From: Candidatus Shapirobacteria bacterium
GTDB lineage: Bacteria > Patescibacteriota > Microgenomatia > UBA12405
NCBI GenBank assembly: GCA_030698565.1
Contig: JAUYJS010000003.1
Location: 12,187-76,186, forward strand
Direction: 5' to 3'
Length of the DNA stretch: 64,000 bases
The notes under the pieces are model-generated. The model was not told the DNA's origin and did no database searches. It worked only from the letters and a program-made list of their open reading frames with translations. Each line of letters starts with the position of its first letter. Positions within the stretch are counted from its first letter, which is position 1. The position numbers and the translations under genes are program-made. Positions 17,763-29,039 of the stretch are shown piece after piece.

Positions 17763-19703
17763 ATGTCTTCCGCTAAAGATTACACTGGTAAACAAATGGT
17801 CGTTCTTGAAGGTTTAGAGCCCGTTAGAAAACGTCCCGCCATGTATATCGGGTCAACCGATATCAGGGGATTACATCATTGTCTTACTGAAATTGTTGAC
17901 AATGCTATCGACGAAGCTTTAGCCGGTTTTGCTAAAAATGTCTGGTTGATTATTCACCTCGATAATTCCGCCACCGTGGCCGATGATGGCCGAGGTATCC
18001 CTTTCGACATCATGCCCAAGTTCAATAAACCAGCCGTCGAAGTTATTATGACCACACTTCATTCCGGTGGTAAATTTGATGGCGATGCCTACAAAGTTTC
18101 CGGCGGTCTTCATGGTGTTGGCGCAGCCTGTGTCAACGCTTTATCAAATCTTTATCAAATTGAAATTAGACGCGACAATAAAATTCACTCAATCGAATTT
18201 AGCCGTGGTGCCCTCAAATCTCCTTTATCAACAATTCCCGAAACTAAGGTAGAAAAACTCAAAAAAATCTTACCAAAAAACATTTCTGGTACAACCGTAA
18301 CCTTTTATCCGGATGCAGAAATTTTTAAAGAAACTACAGAATTTGATTCGAAAGTTATTATAAAGTCCATAAAAGACAGGGCCTACCTAACTTCTAAAAT
18401 TTACTTTCATTATTTTGATGAAAGAAATAATTCAGAACATCATTATTATTTTGAAGGTGGAATTACTTCACTTATAAGAGAACTCAACAAAAATAAAGTT
18501 GTTGTTCATGAACCAATTTATCTTCATCGCGAAGATGCTGGTATAGATGTCGAAGTAGCTATCCAATACAATGACACTTTCCAAGAAAACACTCCCTCTT
18601 ATGTCAATATTATAAATACCAGTGAAGGTGGAACTCATTTAACTGGTTTTAAAACAGCTCTAACAAAAGTTATCAAAGATTACGCCGCTCGAAAAGAAAT
18701 GCTCAAATCCAAAGATGACACCATCACCAGTGATGACGTTCGAGAAGGATTGACTGCCGTTTTATCTATCAAAATGTCCTCTAAAGATCTTCAATTTGAA
18801 GGTCAAACCAAAGGCAAACTAGGCAACAGCGAAGCCCAGCCCATAGTCGCCAAAATTGTCAAAGAAGAATTGGAAATGTATTTTGAAGAACATCCCGACG
18901 TTGCCAAAATTATCGTCAGTAAATCACTTTTAGCTATTCAAATTAGAAAAGCTGCCAAAGCTGCCAAGGATGCGATCATGCGCAAAGGTATTTTCGAATC
19001 TTTGGGACTTCCCGGTAAACTAGCCGATTGCCAATCAAGAGATCCTTCTGAAAGTGAAATCTATATAGTCGAAGGAGATTCTGCAGGTGGTTCCGCCAAA
19101 CAAGGCCGTGATCGTCGATTCCAAGCCATTTTGCCTTTATGGGGTAAAGCTCTCAATACTGAAGGTATGAGACTTGACAAAATTGTTGGCTCTGACAAAT
19201 TAAAAGATTTAATTATCGCCTTAGGTATGGGAATAGGGGAGACATTAAACACAGACAAACTTCGTTATCATCGAATCATTTTAATGGCCGATGCTGACGT
19301 CGATGGTGCTCACATCTCCACACTTCTGTTAACTTTCCTTTACCGACATTTACCTTATACAATCGAAAATGGATACGTCTATATTGCCATGCCGCCGCTT
19401 TATCGAATCAAACACGGCAAAGATATTAAATATGTCTATACCGAAGAAGAAAAAGAGGCTCATCTAAAAGCCATCGATACTTCCAAGAGTTACGACATTC
19501 AACGATACAAAGGTTTAGGAGAAATGAATCCTCAACAGCTCTGGGACACCACTATGAATCCGGAAACTAGATTAATTAAAAGAGTCAATGTTTCCGATGC
19601 CATCAAAGCTGACGAGATATTTCGTATTCTTATGAGTGAAGACGTACCTCCTCGGAAAAAATTCATTCAAACTCATGCCCATTTAGCTATTTTAGACATT
19701 TAG
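17763..19703 (+). CDS. gyrB: DNA gyrase subunit B
   Basis: It has a GHKL ATPase N-terminus (LHHCLTEIVDNAIDEA), Toprim (EGDSAGGSAK) and the C-terminal tail QRYKGLGEM. Confidence 0.95.
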   Translation: MSSAKDYTGKQMVVLEGLEPVRKRPAMYIGSTDIRGLHHCLTEIVDNAIDEALAGFAKNVWLIIHLDNSATVADDGRGIPFDIMPKFNKPAVEVIMTTLHSGGKFDGDAYKVSGGLHGVGAACVNALSNLYQIEIRRDNKIHSIEFSRGALKSPLSTIPETKVEKLKKILPKNISGTTVTFYPDAEIFKETTEFDSKVIIKSIKDRAYLTSKIYFHYFDERNNSEHHYYFEGGITSLIRELNKNKVVVHEPIYLHREDAGIDVEVAIQYNDTFQENTPSYVNIINTSEGGTHLTGFKTALTKVIKDYAARKEMLKSKDDTITSDDVREGLTAVLSIKMSSKDLQFEGQTKGKLGNSEAQPIVAKIVKEELEMYFEEHPDVAKIIVSKSLLAIQIRKAAKAAKDAIMRKGIFESLGLPGKLADCQSRDPSESEIYIVEGDSAGGSAKQGRDRRFQAILPLWGKALNTEGMRLDKIVGSDKLKDLIIALGMGIGETLNTDKLRYHRIILMADADVDGAHISTLLLTFLYRHLPYTIENGYVYIAMPPLYRIKHGKDIKYVYTEEEKEAHLKAIDTSKSYDIQRYKGLGEMNPQQLWDTTMNPETRLIKRVNVSDAIKADEIFRILMSEDVPPRKKFIQTHAHLAILDI

Positions 19704-19715
19704 TTTGTTTAAGCA

Positions 19716-22367
19716 ATGAAAAAAACTGACGACATAGATAAAAAAATATACAGTGGAATCGGCAAGGTTCTAGATGTAGATATTGTTCCAGAAATGGAAA
19801 AGTCTTATCTTGATTATGCCATGAGCGTTATCGTTCAAAGAGCTCTTCCTGATGTTCGCGATGGTTTAAAACCGGTTCACCGAAGAATTATATATGCCAT
19901 GGAACAAATGGGTCTATCGCCAGGCGGTAGAAATACTAAATCAGCTAAAGTTGTCGGTGAAGTTTTAGGTAAATACCATCCCCATGGTGATATGTCAGTT
20001 TATATGGCCTTAGTCAGAATGGCCCAGGAATTTTCTTTGCGCTACCCATTAGTCAAAGGTCAAGGAAACTTTGGTTCAATCGATGGCGATCCGCCCGCAG
20101 CCATGAGGTATACCGAAGTTAAAATGGACAAAATTACCCAGGAAATGATTACCGATATCAACAAAGAAACTGTTGATATGATGGATAATTTCGACGCTAC
20201 TATCAAAGAACCAGTTGTTTTACCAGCCAAAATTCCCAATCTCTTATTAAATGGAGCCGATGGTATTGCTGTCGGTATGGCTACGCGTATTCCACCGCAC
20301 AATTTAAAAGAACTTTGTACCGCCATTGATTTTATTTTGGAGAACAGCCGTTTGGAAAAATTAGAAGAAGAATTAGAGCTTAAGCCTTTTGTTGCCAAAA
20401 CTCAAACCACTCAAGACATCGTTTTGAAACCTGTTTACGAATTAGAAAGACAAAAGTACAATTTTGAAACCACTGCCTCTGTTGAAGAAATTAGTAAATT
20501 TGTCCAAGGACCAGACTTTCCTACATCGGGCGAAATTTATGGTAGAACCGGAATTTTAGAAATGTACAATACTGGCCGAGGTAAATTTGCCGTTCGAGGC
20601 AAGGCGGCTATTGAAGAAACCAAGTCAGGAAAGATTAGAATCATTATCACCGAACTACCTTATCAAGTTAACAAATCTGAATTCGTCAAAAAAATAGCCG
20701 ATTTAGTTAGAGATAAAAAAATTATCGGTATATCCGATTTACGCGATGAATCAGATCGCCATGGTATTCGCGTCGTTGTTGAAATCAAAAAGAACGGTAA
20801 GCCAAAATCCATTCTAAACAAACTTTATAAATACACCGCCCTTCAAAGTTCTTATTCAGCCAACATACTTGCCCTAGTCAATGGTGTTCCCCAAACTCTT
20901 AATTTAAGACAAATGTTATTGCTCTTTTTAAGACATAGGGAAGTTATCGTCAGACGTCGGACTGTCTTTGATCTAAAAAGTGCCATGATGCGCGCTCACA
21001 TTCTTGAAGGTTTAAAAATAGCTCTGGATGTAATTGATGAAATAATAAAAACCATCAGAGCCTCAAAAAATACCGAAGAAGCCAGAGAAAACTTAATGTC
21101 TAAGTTCAAATTCACCGATCTCCAGGCCAATGCTATTTTGGAAATGCAACTTAGAAGATTAGCTGCGTTGGAAAGACAAAAAATTGAAGATGAATACAAC
21201 GAAATCAAAAAAACAATCGATGGTCTGACTTCGATAATCACCAAAACTGAGGTAATGACTACGGTTCTCAAAACAGAAAATAAAGAAATAATGGAAAAGT
21301 ATGGTGATATCAGAAGAACAAAAATTTTCGTTAGGGGATTAGAAGAATTAAGTGAAGAAGATTTAACTCCAAATGAAGCCGTTTTAGTCACTATTACTAA
21401 AACCGGTTACGTCAAAAGAGTCCCAAAAGAAACATATCACTCCCAAAAACGCGGCGGTATCGGCGTGGTTGGTATGACCACCAAAATGGAAGATGAGATT
21501 GAAAATATGATGTCAGTCAATACTCATGACGATCTCTTATTCTTCACCAACAAAGGTCGTGTCTTCAAAACTAAGGTGTGGGATCTACCCGAAAGTAACC
21601 GTCAATCCAAAGGTCAAGCTATCGTAAATTTAATCAATATAATTCAAGGTGAAATTGTTCAAACAGTTTTACCATTCAGCAAAGATTCTGAAGCTAAATT
21701 TATTCTCTTAGCTACCAAAAATGGTACTGTCAAAAAAACCTCCATTGAAAGATTTAAAAATATTCGTCAAAGTGGTTTGGCTGCAATCAAGCTTGATGCT
21801 GACGATCAACTAATTTGGGCTAGAGCCACTACGGGCAAAAACCAAATATTTATGGTCACTCACAACGGTAAATGCATCCGTTTTGACGAAAACGATATTA
21901 GGCCAATGGGCCGTCACACTAGAGGTGTCCGTGGTATTTTTCTAAAAGAAAATGATTATGTTGTCAGTCTCGATGTCGTACCTGCTAACATCGAAGAAGT
22001 TAAGAGTAAAAAGGATAAAAAAGACGCCAAAGAAACATTCCGACACCTGTTTGTAGTTACCGAAAACGGCGTAGGCAAGCGGACCAATGTCTATCTATAC
22101 CCAGCCCAAAAACGCGGCGGTATCGGCATTAAAGTAGCTAATTTAACTTCTAAAACTGGAAAAATAGCTGCGGCTCAAGTAGTTTCTGAAATACACGATC
22201 AAGTAATCTTAGTTTCCAAAAAAGCTATAACCATCAATATGCCTTTAAAAAATGTACCTACATTAAACCGTAACACAAAAGGAGTGATCCTGATGAGATT
22301 CAAAACTACTGAAGATAAAGTAAATGCAGTCACTATATTGGAAAAAAGAACAGAGGGTGAAGAATAA
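19716..22367 (+). CDS. gyrA: DNA gyrase subunit A
   Basis: It has [25 protein letters not shown], the active-site Tyr region and C-terminal beta-pinwheel repeats, in 883 aa. Confidence 0.95.
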   Translation: MKKTDDIDKKIYSGIGKVLDVDIVPEMEKSYLDYAMSVIVQRALPDVRDGLKPVHRRIIYAMEQMGLSPGGRNTKSAKVVGEVLGKYHPHGDMSVYMALVRMAQEFSLRYPLVKGQGNFGSIDGDPPAAMRYTEVKMDKITQEMITDINKETVDMMDNFDATIKEPVVLPAKIPNLLLNGADGIAVGMATRIPPHNLKELCTAIDFILENSRLEKLEEELELKPFVAKTQTTQDIVLKPVYELERQKYNFETTASVEEISKFVQGPDFPTSGEIYGRTGILEMYNTGRGKFAVRGKAAIEETKSGKIRIIITELPYQVNKSEFVKKIADLVRDKKIIGISDLRDESDRHGIRVVVEIKKNGKPKSILNKLYKYTALQSSYSANILALVNGVPQTLNLRQMLLLFLRHREVIVRRRTVFDLKSAMMRAHILEGLKIALDVIDEIIKTIRASKNTEEARENLMSKFKFTDLQANAILEMQLRRLAALERQKIEDEYNEIKKTIDGLTSIITKTEVMTTVLKTENKEIMEKYGDIRRTKIFVRGLEELSEEDLTPNEAVLVTITKTGYVKRVPKETYHSQKRGGIGVVGMTTKMEDEIENMMSVNTHDDLLFFTNKGRVFKTKVWDLPESNRQSKGQAIVNLINIIQGEIVQTVLPFSKDSEAKFILLATKNGTVKKTSIERFKNIRQSGLAAIKLDADDQLIWARATTGKNQIFMVTHNGKCIRFDENDIRPMGRHTRGVRGIFLKENDYVVSLDVVPANIEEVKSKKDKKDAKETFRHLFVVTENGVGKRTNVYLYPAQKRGGIGIKVANLTSKTGKIAAAQVVSEIHDQVILVSKKAITINMPLKNVPTLNRNTKGVILMRFKTTEDKVNAVTILEKRTEGEE

Positions 22368-22697
22368 GTAAGTACATTTATTATAAGACTTAGGATAACT
22401 ATAATATAGGATATTAATTTAATTATTAAATATCTTTAAATTAAAAAATCCACTAAACTAGACTAATTTTATTTATTTTGGATATAATAATGTTCAAAAT
22501 AAAAATTTTAAAAAGAGGGTAGGGGAGTATAATAAATATTATAGGTCTTATAATATAAAAATTGTTAGTTAGCAGACAAATTTACCAACTGATAATAGGG
22601 GATAAAAGTTAAATAATACCGTTATTTAGGGTAAAGTTTGTTATAATTTTCCCATCAAACTTCAAATACTCATATTATAATAAATTTATTAGAATTA

Positions 22698-22715
22698 GTG
22701 TCCTTTATAGGACAC
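22698..22715. terminator. Perfect hairpin GTGTCC-TTTATA-GGACAC immediately 3' of the xerC-like gene
   Basis: A 6-bp stem with a 6-nt loop lies within the AT-rich convergent spacer between gyrA and the recombinase gene. Confidence 0.5.
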
Positions 22716-22731
22716 ACCAAATACACACAAT

Positions 22732-23664
22732 TTATTTGTTACCACTATGAAATTTATCATGAACTTCCCGCAATCTAGCATCAGTCACATGGGTATATAT
22801 TTGAGTAGTCGCAATATTTTTATGTCCCAATATTTCTTGAACTGACCTTAAATCGGCACCGGAACGGAGTAGGTCAGTTGCCATAGAATGACGTAAAGTA
22901 TGTGGTGTAGCCAGCACTGGTAATTTTGCCTGCGTCACATATTTTTTTACCAATCTTTGCACTGATCTGGCTGTTAATCTAACCTTGTCGTCGTCAGCCG
23001 TAATTTCATTCTTTCCAGAGTAGTGAATAAAAAGTGGTTTATATTTATCCATTCGATTTTTTAAATACCGATCCAAATATTCCGCCGCTTGTTTTGAAAT
23101 AAAAACGATTCTAGATTTACCGCCTTTACCAATAATTCCAAACTCTCGAGTCTTTAAATTAATTTGATCACAGTTCAAAAAAACAAGTTCAGATACTCTC
23201 AAACCAGTAGAAAACAAAAGCTCCAAAATCACCCTATCTCTCAACCCAGCCTTTTCTGACAATAATGGTTGGTTAAGCAGTCTTTTCATTTGATCTTCAT
23301 CCAAAAACTTTAAGGAGTGATCTTTATTTTTCGGTACTTCTAGTTTTTCCGGCTGTAAAGTTTTAATGTCATTTTTTATTAACCATTTCAAAAAAGATCT
23401 CAATGCAATTATGTAATATCCCTGGGTCACTATTTTCATATCTCCATTAGTTCCTTTTTGCCTTGATAAAAAAAGTCTGAACCGCCTAACCGTATCGACA
23501 TTAATGTTTTCTATTTTTACTGTATTTTGATTTTCATCCGACAAAAATTTTACTAATACATTTAAATAATGTTCGTAATTTCTAATTGTTAATCTGGAAC
23601 AATTTTTTTCAATCTCCAAATGTTCTAAAAATTTTCTGATCAAATTATTTAAATCATCATTCAC
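22732..23664 (-). CDS. xerC: Tyrosine site-specific recombinase (XerC/XerD family)
   Basis: It has a C-terminal R...HTLRHSMATDLLRSGADLRSVQEILGH...Y catalytic motif. Confidence 0.85.
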   Translation of the reverse strand: MNDDLNNLIRKFLEHLEIEKNCSRLTIRNYEHYLNVLVKFLSDENQNTVKIENINVDTVRRFRLFLSRQKGTNGDMKIVTQGYYIIALRSFLKWLIKNDIKTLQPEKLEVPKNKDHSLKFLDEDQMKRLLNQPLLSEKAGLRDRVILELLFSTGLRVSELVFLNCDQINLKTREFGIIGKGGKSRIVFISKQAAEYLDRYLKNRMDKYKPLFIHYSGKNEITADDDKVRLTARSVQRLVKKYVTQAKLPVLATPHTLRHSMATDLLRSGADLRSVQEILGHKNIATTQIYTHVTDARLREVHDKFHSGNK

Positions 23665-24354
23665 TAAATTATCTTAACATTTTAATAACGATACTAATTA
23701 AGCAAAATTTAAAATCGTTTATCCAAGGGGCTCTAGTGATGTAATGAACGTATTATACGTATCTTTAGGTCTAATATATTAAGTCCCCTAAATTTTAAAA
23801 CCAAGAGAAGTCAAGTAGATAATTTGAAGCTACGGAGCAAAAATCCAGACAAGCGCCAAAGTAGAGTAGAAAACCGTTTATATATAAACCAGATAATTAG
23901 TTATCCAATATTTAAAAAATAAAAATTAGTAATTAAAAATTAAAAAACATAATTTTTGACCTCTCCCCTCGGTTTTAAATTTAGAGTGAGTCGCAAAAGA
24001 TACATTGTGCGACGTAGTAAATACTAGCTTCCCTTGCTAGGAGATAGGTCTCAATTACTAATAAAACAAAACCACAAATTACTAACAATAAATATCTCTT
24101 ACACTTATTATTCTTCCAAGATAATGCCTGGCTATTCCCCACAAGAGCCCTCTTCGTGATCTACTCGTCTAGATTCGAGTTTTCCACACAGACTATATCA
24201 CTCTATATCATTATTCCGTGAAAATTATAGGATATATCGTGAAAATTAATATAATTATAGGACATATTATTATAGGTTACTTCCCTCTTCCCTACCTCAC
24301 CTATCTAAATATATTTTTGTTAAAATAACAAATAAAATATATTTTAAAAATTAT

Positions 24355-25398
24355 TTGTATTTAATGAGCAAATTTATAAACGAAATTAAAATTCAAGCAA
24401 AAAAATATCCTCAAACCATAGTTCTGGCTGATGGATTAGAAGCTAGGACAATCAAGGCTGCCAATATCATTATCAAACAAAAAATAGCCAAGTTAATTCT
24501 TTTGGGCAACAGAGATCAGATTCTAAAATTATCTCCATTATTAGATCACCCCAACGTCCAAATAATTGACCCCGAGAACAATCAATATTCTCAAAGATTA
24601 AGTCAAAAATTATTTGAATTACGCCAACACAAAGGCCTAATATTAACCGAAGCTCAGAAGCTTGTTAAAAATCCATATTATCTAGCAACACTGTTAGTTT
24701 ATGAAAAACTAGCCGATGGTTCCGTTGGAGGGGCTAATCAACCTAGTAGTGAAATTCTTCGACCCGCGCTCCAAATATTAAAAACCAGTACTTCTGCTTC
24801 GACTTTTTTTATAATGTCAGTTCCAAAATCAAAACTAGGATTAAATGGAAACTTTTTATTTGCCGACTGCAGTCTAAACATTAATCCATCAGCCCAAGAT
24901 TTAGCTCAAATTGCCATCGATTCCGCTGATTCTTTTAAATTTATTTTTAAAAAGAAGGCTAAAGTTGCCTTAATATCTTATTCTACTCACGGTAGTGGCA
25001 AGGGTGAGAGTGTGGACAAAATATTACTTGCCAAAAATATTGTTCAAAATCAGCGACCCGACATTATTATTGATGGCGATCTACAAGTTGATGCGGCTAT
25101 TGTACCGCTTGTTAGCCAATTGAAATCTCCCAACAGTAAATTAAAAGGACAAGCCAATGTATTAATTTTCCCCGACCTAAATTCGGCCAATATTGCTTAC
25201 AAATTAACCCAAAGATTAGCCAACGCCCAAGCAATTGGTCCAATATTTCAAGGCATTTCTCGACCCATAAACGATCTGTCACGTGGCTGTACAGTTCAAG
25301 ATATTGTTGATATCGTCGTCGTTACTTGCCTTCAATCTCATCGCCAACTAACCATCAATACAATCGCCAAAATAATTGCTGTCCCTATCCAAGTATAA
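24355..25398 (+). CDS. pta: Phosphate acetyltransferase
   Basis: The N-terminus QTIVLADGLEARTIKAAN and the C-terminal SRGCTVQDIVD match Pta. Confidence 0.75.
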   Translation: MYLMSKFINEIKIQAKKYPQTIVLADGLEARTIKAANIIIKQKIAKLILLGNRDQILKLSPLLDHPNVQIIDPENNQYSQRLSQKLFELRQHKGLILTEAQKLVKNPYYLATLLVYEKLADGSVGGANQPSSEILRPALQILKTSTSASTFFIMSVPKSKLGLNGNFLFADCSLNINPSAQDLAQIAIDSADSFKFIFKKKAKVALISYSTHGSGKGESVDKILLAKNIVQNQRPDIIIDGDLQVDAAIVPLVSQLKSPNSKLKGQANVLIFPDLNSANIAYKLTQRLANAQAIGPIFQGISRPINDLSRGCTVQDIVDIVVVTCLQSHRQLTINTIAKIIAVPIQV

Positions 25399-26138
25399 GT
25401 TAACCAAGTTCGCCTAAACAACCTATCTCTAACATCTGCCTGCAACAGACTGCACAATACATATATCACTGAAACCAAATAAATAGATCCCTTAAAAATA
25501 CCAACTGGCCAAAAAGAGAAAACTAAACCTAATTGTGACATCAATAAAGAAGGTATTAAAACATAAGCCCAAATATTTTTATTTTTACCATCATCAGCCA
25601 GTTCTATTGAAACACTATAAAAATGATATAAAAAAATTAGCCCAGAAATTATAAAAATTAAAGGCATATTTATCCAATAATTAAATCTAAAAGAGAACAG
25701 ACTATCAAATAAAAAAAATGACGTCAAAAGCAAAACAATAAAACTAACCGTATAAGCCGCTCGATATAACGGTGGAGTTCTGTAGCCAATCGACACCAAA
25801 AATACGTTTTCTACTAAAAACATCACATAAGAAATTAGTCCAAAAAAGATACTTATTCCCAACGTAGCCAGAGAGTTTAATGGTAATAATACGATAAATA
25901 AACCAAATCCAATAAAAAATATTACTGGCAAGACTACGGCCATTAGCCGAGTATACAAACTTTCCTCAAAGACGATTCCTAATCCGAACCAAAAACAAAA
26001 AACCATCAACACAATACCCACCAGAAGACCATAATATCTTGATTCAAACGGTAATGAAGCAAAAAAGAAAAAACCGAGAGCTGCAACTAAAGAGGAAATA
26101 ATATATTTAAGTCTTTTTGACATAATCAAACCCGGCAA
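25338..26138 (-). CDS. Hypothetical polytopic membrane protein
   Basis: It has about eight hydrophobic segments. The 5' end overlaps the pta 3' end, so the true start is probably internal. Confidence 0.3.
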   Translation of the reverse strand: MPGLIMSKRLKYIISSLVAALGFFFFASLPFESRYYGLLVGIVLMVFCFWFGLGIVFEESLYTRLMAVVLPVIFFIGFGLFIVLLPLNSLATLGISIFFGLISYVMFLVENVFLVSIGYRTPPLYRAAYTVSFIVLLLTSFFLFDSLFSFRFNYWINMPLIFIISGLIFLYHFYSVSIELADDGKNKNIWAYVLIPSLLMSQLGLVFSFWPVGIFKGSIYLVSVIYVLCSLLQADVRDRLFRRTWLTYTWIGTAIILAIVLMVSWR

Positions 26139-26823
26139 ATACGTTTATAACATCGTCATTTTCTTCCAAACTATCGATAAAATCTAAAATATTTCCCAAC
26201 TCTTCTTCGTTATTTAACATGGTCAAATTTATTGGCTTCATCACTATTTCTGATTTAACTACTTCCATCCCCATACTTTGAACTTTTTTTGTAAAGTTAA
26301 CCAAATCAATCACCTCAGTCCAAACAGTTTTATCATCCACATCGGTTGCTCCAGCATCAATTAAATCCAATTGTTTATCCTCAGGAATCGGGTTCTCAAA
26401 TTCCACCTCACCTTTTCTTTCAAATTGGAAAGCTACCGATCCACTTTCTCCTAAGTTACCTCCATTAACTTTAAAAATTAATTTAATTTCGCCCAAAGTT
26501 CTATTTTTATTATCAGTTTCTACTTCTACTATTAACGGAACACCAAAAGGACCAAATCCTTCCAACATAAAGTTGGTTAAATTATTTTTTCTCTCTTCAA
26601 ATCTAGACAACAATCTGTCAATATTTTCCTTGGGCATGTTAACCGCCTTGGCTTTATCGACAGTGATTTTTAAGTAAGAATTTGTATCAACATTTGAGTT
26701 ATTGCCACCCAACCGAATAGCTGTCATTATAATTTTTGACATCTTAGTGAAAGTTTCGCTTCTTTTTTTATCTTGAGCGCCTTTCCTATTTTTTATATTT
26801 GCCCATTTAGAGTGTCCTGACAT
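26107..26823 (-). CDS. yebC: YebC/PmpR family DNA-binding regulator
   Basis: The N-terminus MSGHSKWANIKNRKGAQDKKR is canonical. Confidence 0.85.
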   Translation of the reverse strand: MSGHSKWANIKNRKGAQDKKRSETFTKMSKIIMTAIRLGGNNSNVDTNSYLKITVDKAKAVNMPKENIDRLLSRFEERKNNLTNFMLEGFGPFGVPLIVEVETDNKNRTLGEIKLIFKVNGGNLGESGSVAFQFERKGEVEFENPIPEDKQLDLIDAGATDVDDKTVWTEVIDLVNFTKKVQSMGMEVVKSEIVMKPINLTMLNNEEELGNILDFIDSLEENDDVINVFAGFDYVKKT

Positions 26824-27649
26824 AACTAGAGTATTTTACCATTTGAGCGAAACCATCACCAAAATAAATTTCAACCTCAGAATTATCCAAACTTTCATTT
26901 TTCTTCATTTCACAATTCCACAAATTACCTAAAATTTTATAAGAAAAGCTATTCTCTACTTCAGAACCATATTCTACCAAACAGTTTTTGACCTCTTTTT
27001 CTGAATTTTCAGTTGATATTATCGAAAAACCAGCCCACTCCATTCTGTCGGCCAAAAAAGTAGCCATACCACTCTCGTTAGTCGTATTAATTATACCAAC
27101 TTTTAAATCCTCATTTAATACCCTATTATCGGAAAAATCTCGCATCATAATCTCAGAAAGTAATGGATAATCATCAGCTAAACTCTTTTTAATTATTTCT
27201 TCTTTAGTCATCATATCCTCCCGATTAAATTGAAACTTAATCCAATTTTTCACACCGACAATCTGCAAGAAAACAGAATTTTTTTTCCAATCATCAATTG
27301 AATTCAAAAATAAAATTTTATCTGGGGTAAAACCAAAATTATAAAAAAATAAATTATTAGCCAAACTTGCCTTATTTTCTTGATCCAATATTTTTTTTAC
27401 TCGATCAACTCTGTACCAACCTAACCCTTCGGGGATCCACATCTCTACTTCCCCATTCACCTTTAAGATATTAATCATCCTTCTGGAAAATGAAATCGAC
27501 ACTAGTTCTATTTCATTATCTGTAATTATTCCCAATTTATAGTCATTATTTCCATCCCAATCCTTACTTTTTATGGTAATACTTATAATCACCAATCCTA
27601 AAACCAACAAGCCCCCTAAAATCAAAATTATCCATTTATATTTATTCAT
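26807..27649 (-). CDS. Membrane-anchored protein with a LytR_C-like C-terminal domain
   Basis: It has an N-terminal TM segment. VGIINTTNESGMATFLADRMEWAGFSII resembles the LytR C-terminal domain. Confidence 0.35.
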   Translation of the reverse strand: MNKYKWIILILGGLLVLGLVIISITIKSKDWDGNNDYKLGIITDNEIELVSISFSRRMINILKVNGEVEMWIPEGLGWYRVDRVKKILDQENKASLANNLFFYNFGFTPDKILFLNSIDDWKKNSVFLQIVGVKNWIKFQFNREDMMTKEEIIKKSLADDYPLLSEIMMRDFSDNRVLNEDLKVGIINTTNESGMATFLADRMEWAGFSIISTENSEKEVKNCLVEYGSEVENSFSYKILGNLWNCEMKKNESLDNSEVEIYFGDGFAQMVKYSSYVRTL

Positions 27650-28358
27650 TGTTGTCCAATATTTGTTGCAAATCAGCGGGCAACTCTGATTTAAATGTCA
27701 TCTCCTGGTTCGTTTTAGGATGAATCAATGTGATTTCAGCTGAATGTAAAAATGGTCTGTTTAAATCTGTTATTACATCACCCCCATACAGTCTATCTCC
27801 CAATAAAGGCCATCTTAAATTACTAAAATGAACTCTAATTTGATGTGTCCGTCCAGTTTTTAAATCTATTTCAACTAAACTATACAATTTGCCACCAATT
27901 CGATATTTATTTATACGACAAAATTTAGTGACAGCCGGTTTTCCATCTGACGATACTGCAAATTTACCAAATCCATATTTAGACCTACTAATTGGCATAT
28001 TTATTTCCCCATCAATCGACGCATCTCCACAAATCATAGCCAGATATTTCTTTTTAATACTTCTATCCTTAAATTGTTTTTTTAATTTAATTAACGCCTC
28101 TTGGTTTTTACCTATTACCAATAAACCGGAAGTTCCCTTATCTAATCGATGTACAATCCCCTCTCTTTCCAAATTATTATTATAATTTTTTGTCAGCCAA
28201 TCCTGAATTGTCCTTTCTTTGATTGTATTTCCTTCTGAGGTAACCACAATTCCTGCCGGTTTATCAATAATCAATACATCTTCGTCTTCATATATTATTT
28301 TTATTCTTTCTTCCATACTTCTACTATAAATAGTAATACACCGGCTACTATTAACCAA
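27642..28358 (-). CDS. RluA-family pseudouridine synthase
   Basis: HRLDKGTSGLLVIGK is the catalytic Asp motif. Confidence 0.8.
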   Translation of the reverse strand: MVNSSRCITIYSRSMEERIKIIYEDEDVLIIDKPAGIVVTSEGNTIKERTIQDWLTKNYNNNLEREGIVHRLDKGTSGLLVIGKNQEALIKLKKQFKDRSIKKKYLAMICGDASIDGEINMPISRSKYGFGKFAVSSDGKPAVTKFCRINKYRIGGKLYSLVEIDLKTGRTHQIRVHFSNLRWPLLGDRLYGGDVITDLNRPFLHSAEITLIHPKTNQEMTFKSELPADLQQILDNNE

Positions 28359-28678
28359 TCATTTAAATTATTAAAAATATTTCCCCACACATTCCAATAA
28401 TCTCTCACATAACCAAATCTATATCTGTCCACAAAATTAATCATACCTCCAATCGTTATCAGTCCTATTCCCCTCTTATTTTTTAAAATATAAAAACCAG
28501 CCAAGCCAACCAACAATCCAACAAATAAAAAATTACTCAACCTGGAAAACCCAAAACTTATCCCTTCATTCTTAATTATTACAGGAACATTATTTGCTAC
28601 AAACTCATGTAACATTCCAAATAATAAAATCAGAAGCAAAAGAAAAAGGCTTTTTTTAGTCTTCTCTTTCTTTTTCAC
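28301..28678 (-). CDS. lspA: Lipoprotein signal peptidase II (short)
   Basis: It has NEGISFGF and IGGMINFVDRYRFGYVRDYW...FNNLND motifs. Confidence 0.6.
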   Translation of the reverse strand: MKKKEKTKKSLFLLLLILLFGMLHEFVANNVPVIIKNEGISFGFSRLSNFLFVGLLVGLAGFYILKNKRGIGLITIGGMINFVDRYRFGYVRDYWNVWGNIFNNLNDWLIVAGVLLFIVEVWKKE

Positions 28679-29039
28679 AATCGATACAAACAGTAGTTTC
28701 TGGTCTAACTGCTAATCTATCGGTATCAATCATTTTGCCGCAATTTTCACAAATTCCATACTTACCCAACTTCATTCTAGTCAAGGCTTTTCTAAATTGG
28801 ACTATTTGGACACTTACAAAGTTAGCTTTAACCTCAGCATCGAAATGTCCTACTTGTTCATCAACGTCTTCTTCTAAAGAATTATTTGTTGTTCGGCTTT
28901 CATCCTTAAACGGATCCGCTTCATTGATGTTTTTTTTAGTTCTTTTTAACTTCACTATTTCCGACTCCAAAAATGTTTTAATCGGCAACAACAGCCGGCT
29001 GGGAAAACTTACTATTTTCATGTCTTTATTCTTGATCAT
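28656..29039 (-). CDS. DksA/TraR-family C4 zinc-finger protein
   Basis: It has a C-terminal CENCGKMI...RL...VCIDCE motif. Confidence 0.65.
   Translation of the reverse strand: MIKNKDMKIVSFPSRLLLPIKTFLESEIVKLKRTKKNINEADPFKDESRTTNNSLEEDVDEQVGHFDAEVKANFVSVQIVQFRKALTRMKLGKYGICENCGKMIDTDRLAVRPETTVCIDCEKERED

Noticed and set aside
22370-22731. dif/XerCD site in the AT-rich spacer 3' of the recombinase gene
   Set aside because: Only weak partial dyads (tataatataggatattaat) are present, and nothing matches the 28-nt dif architecture convincingly.
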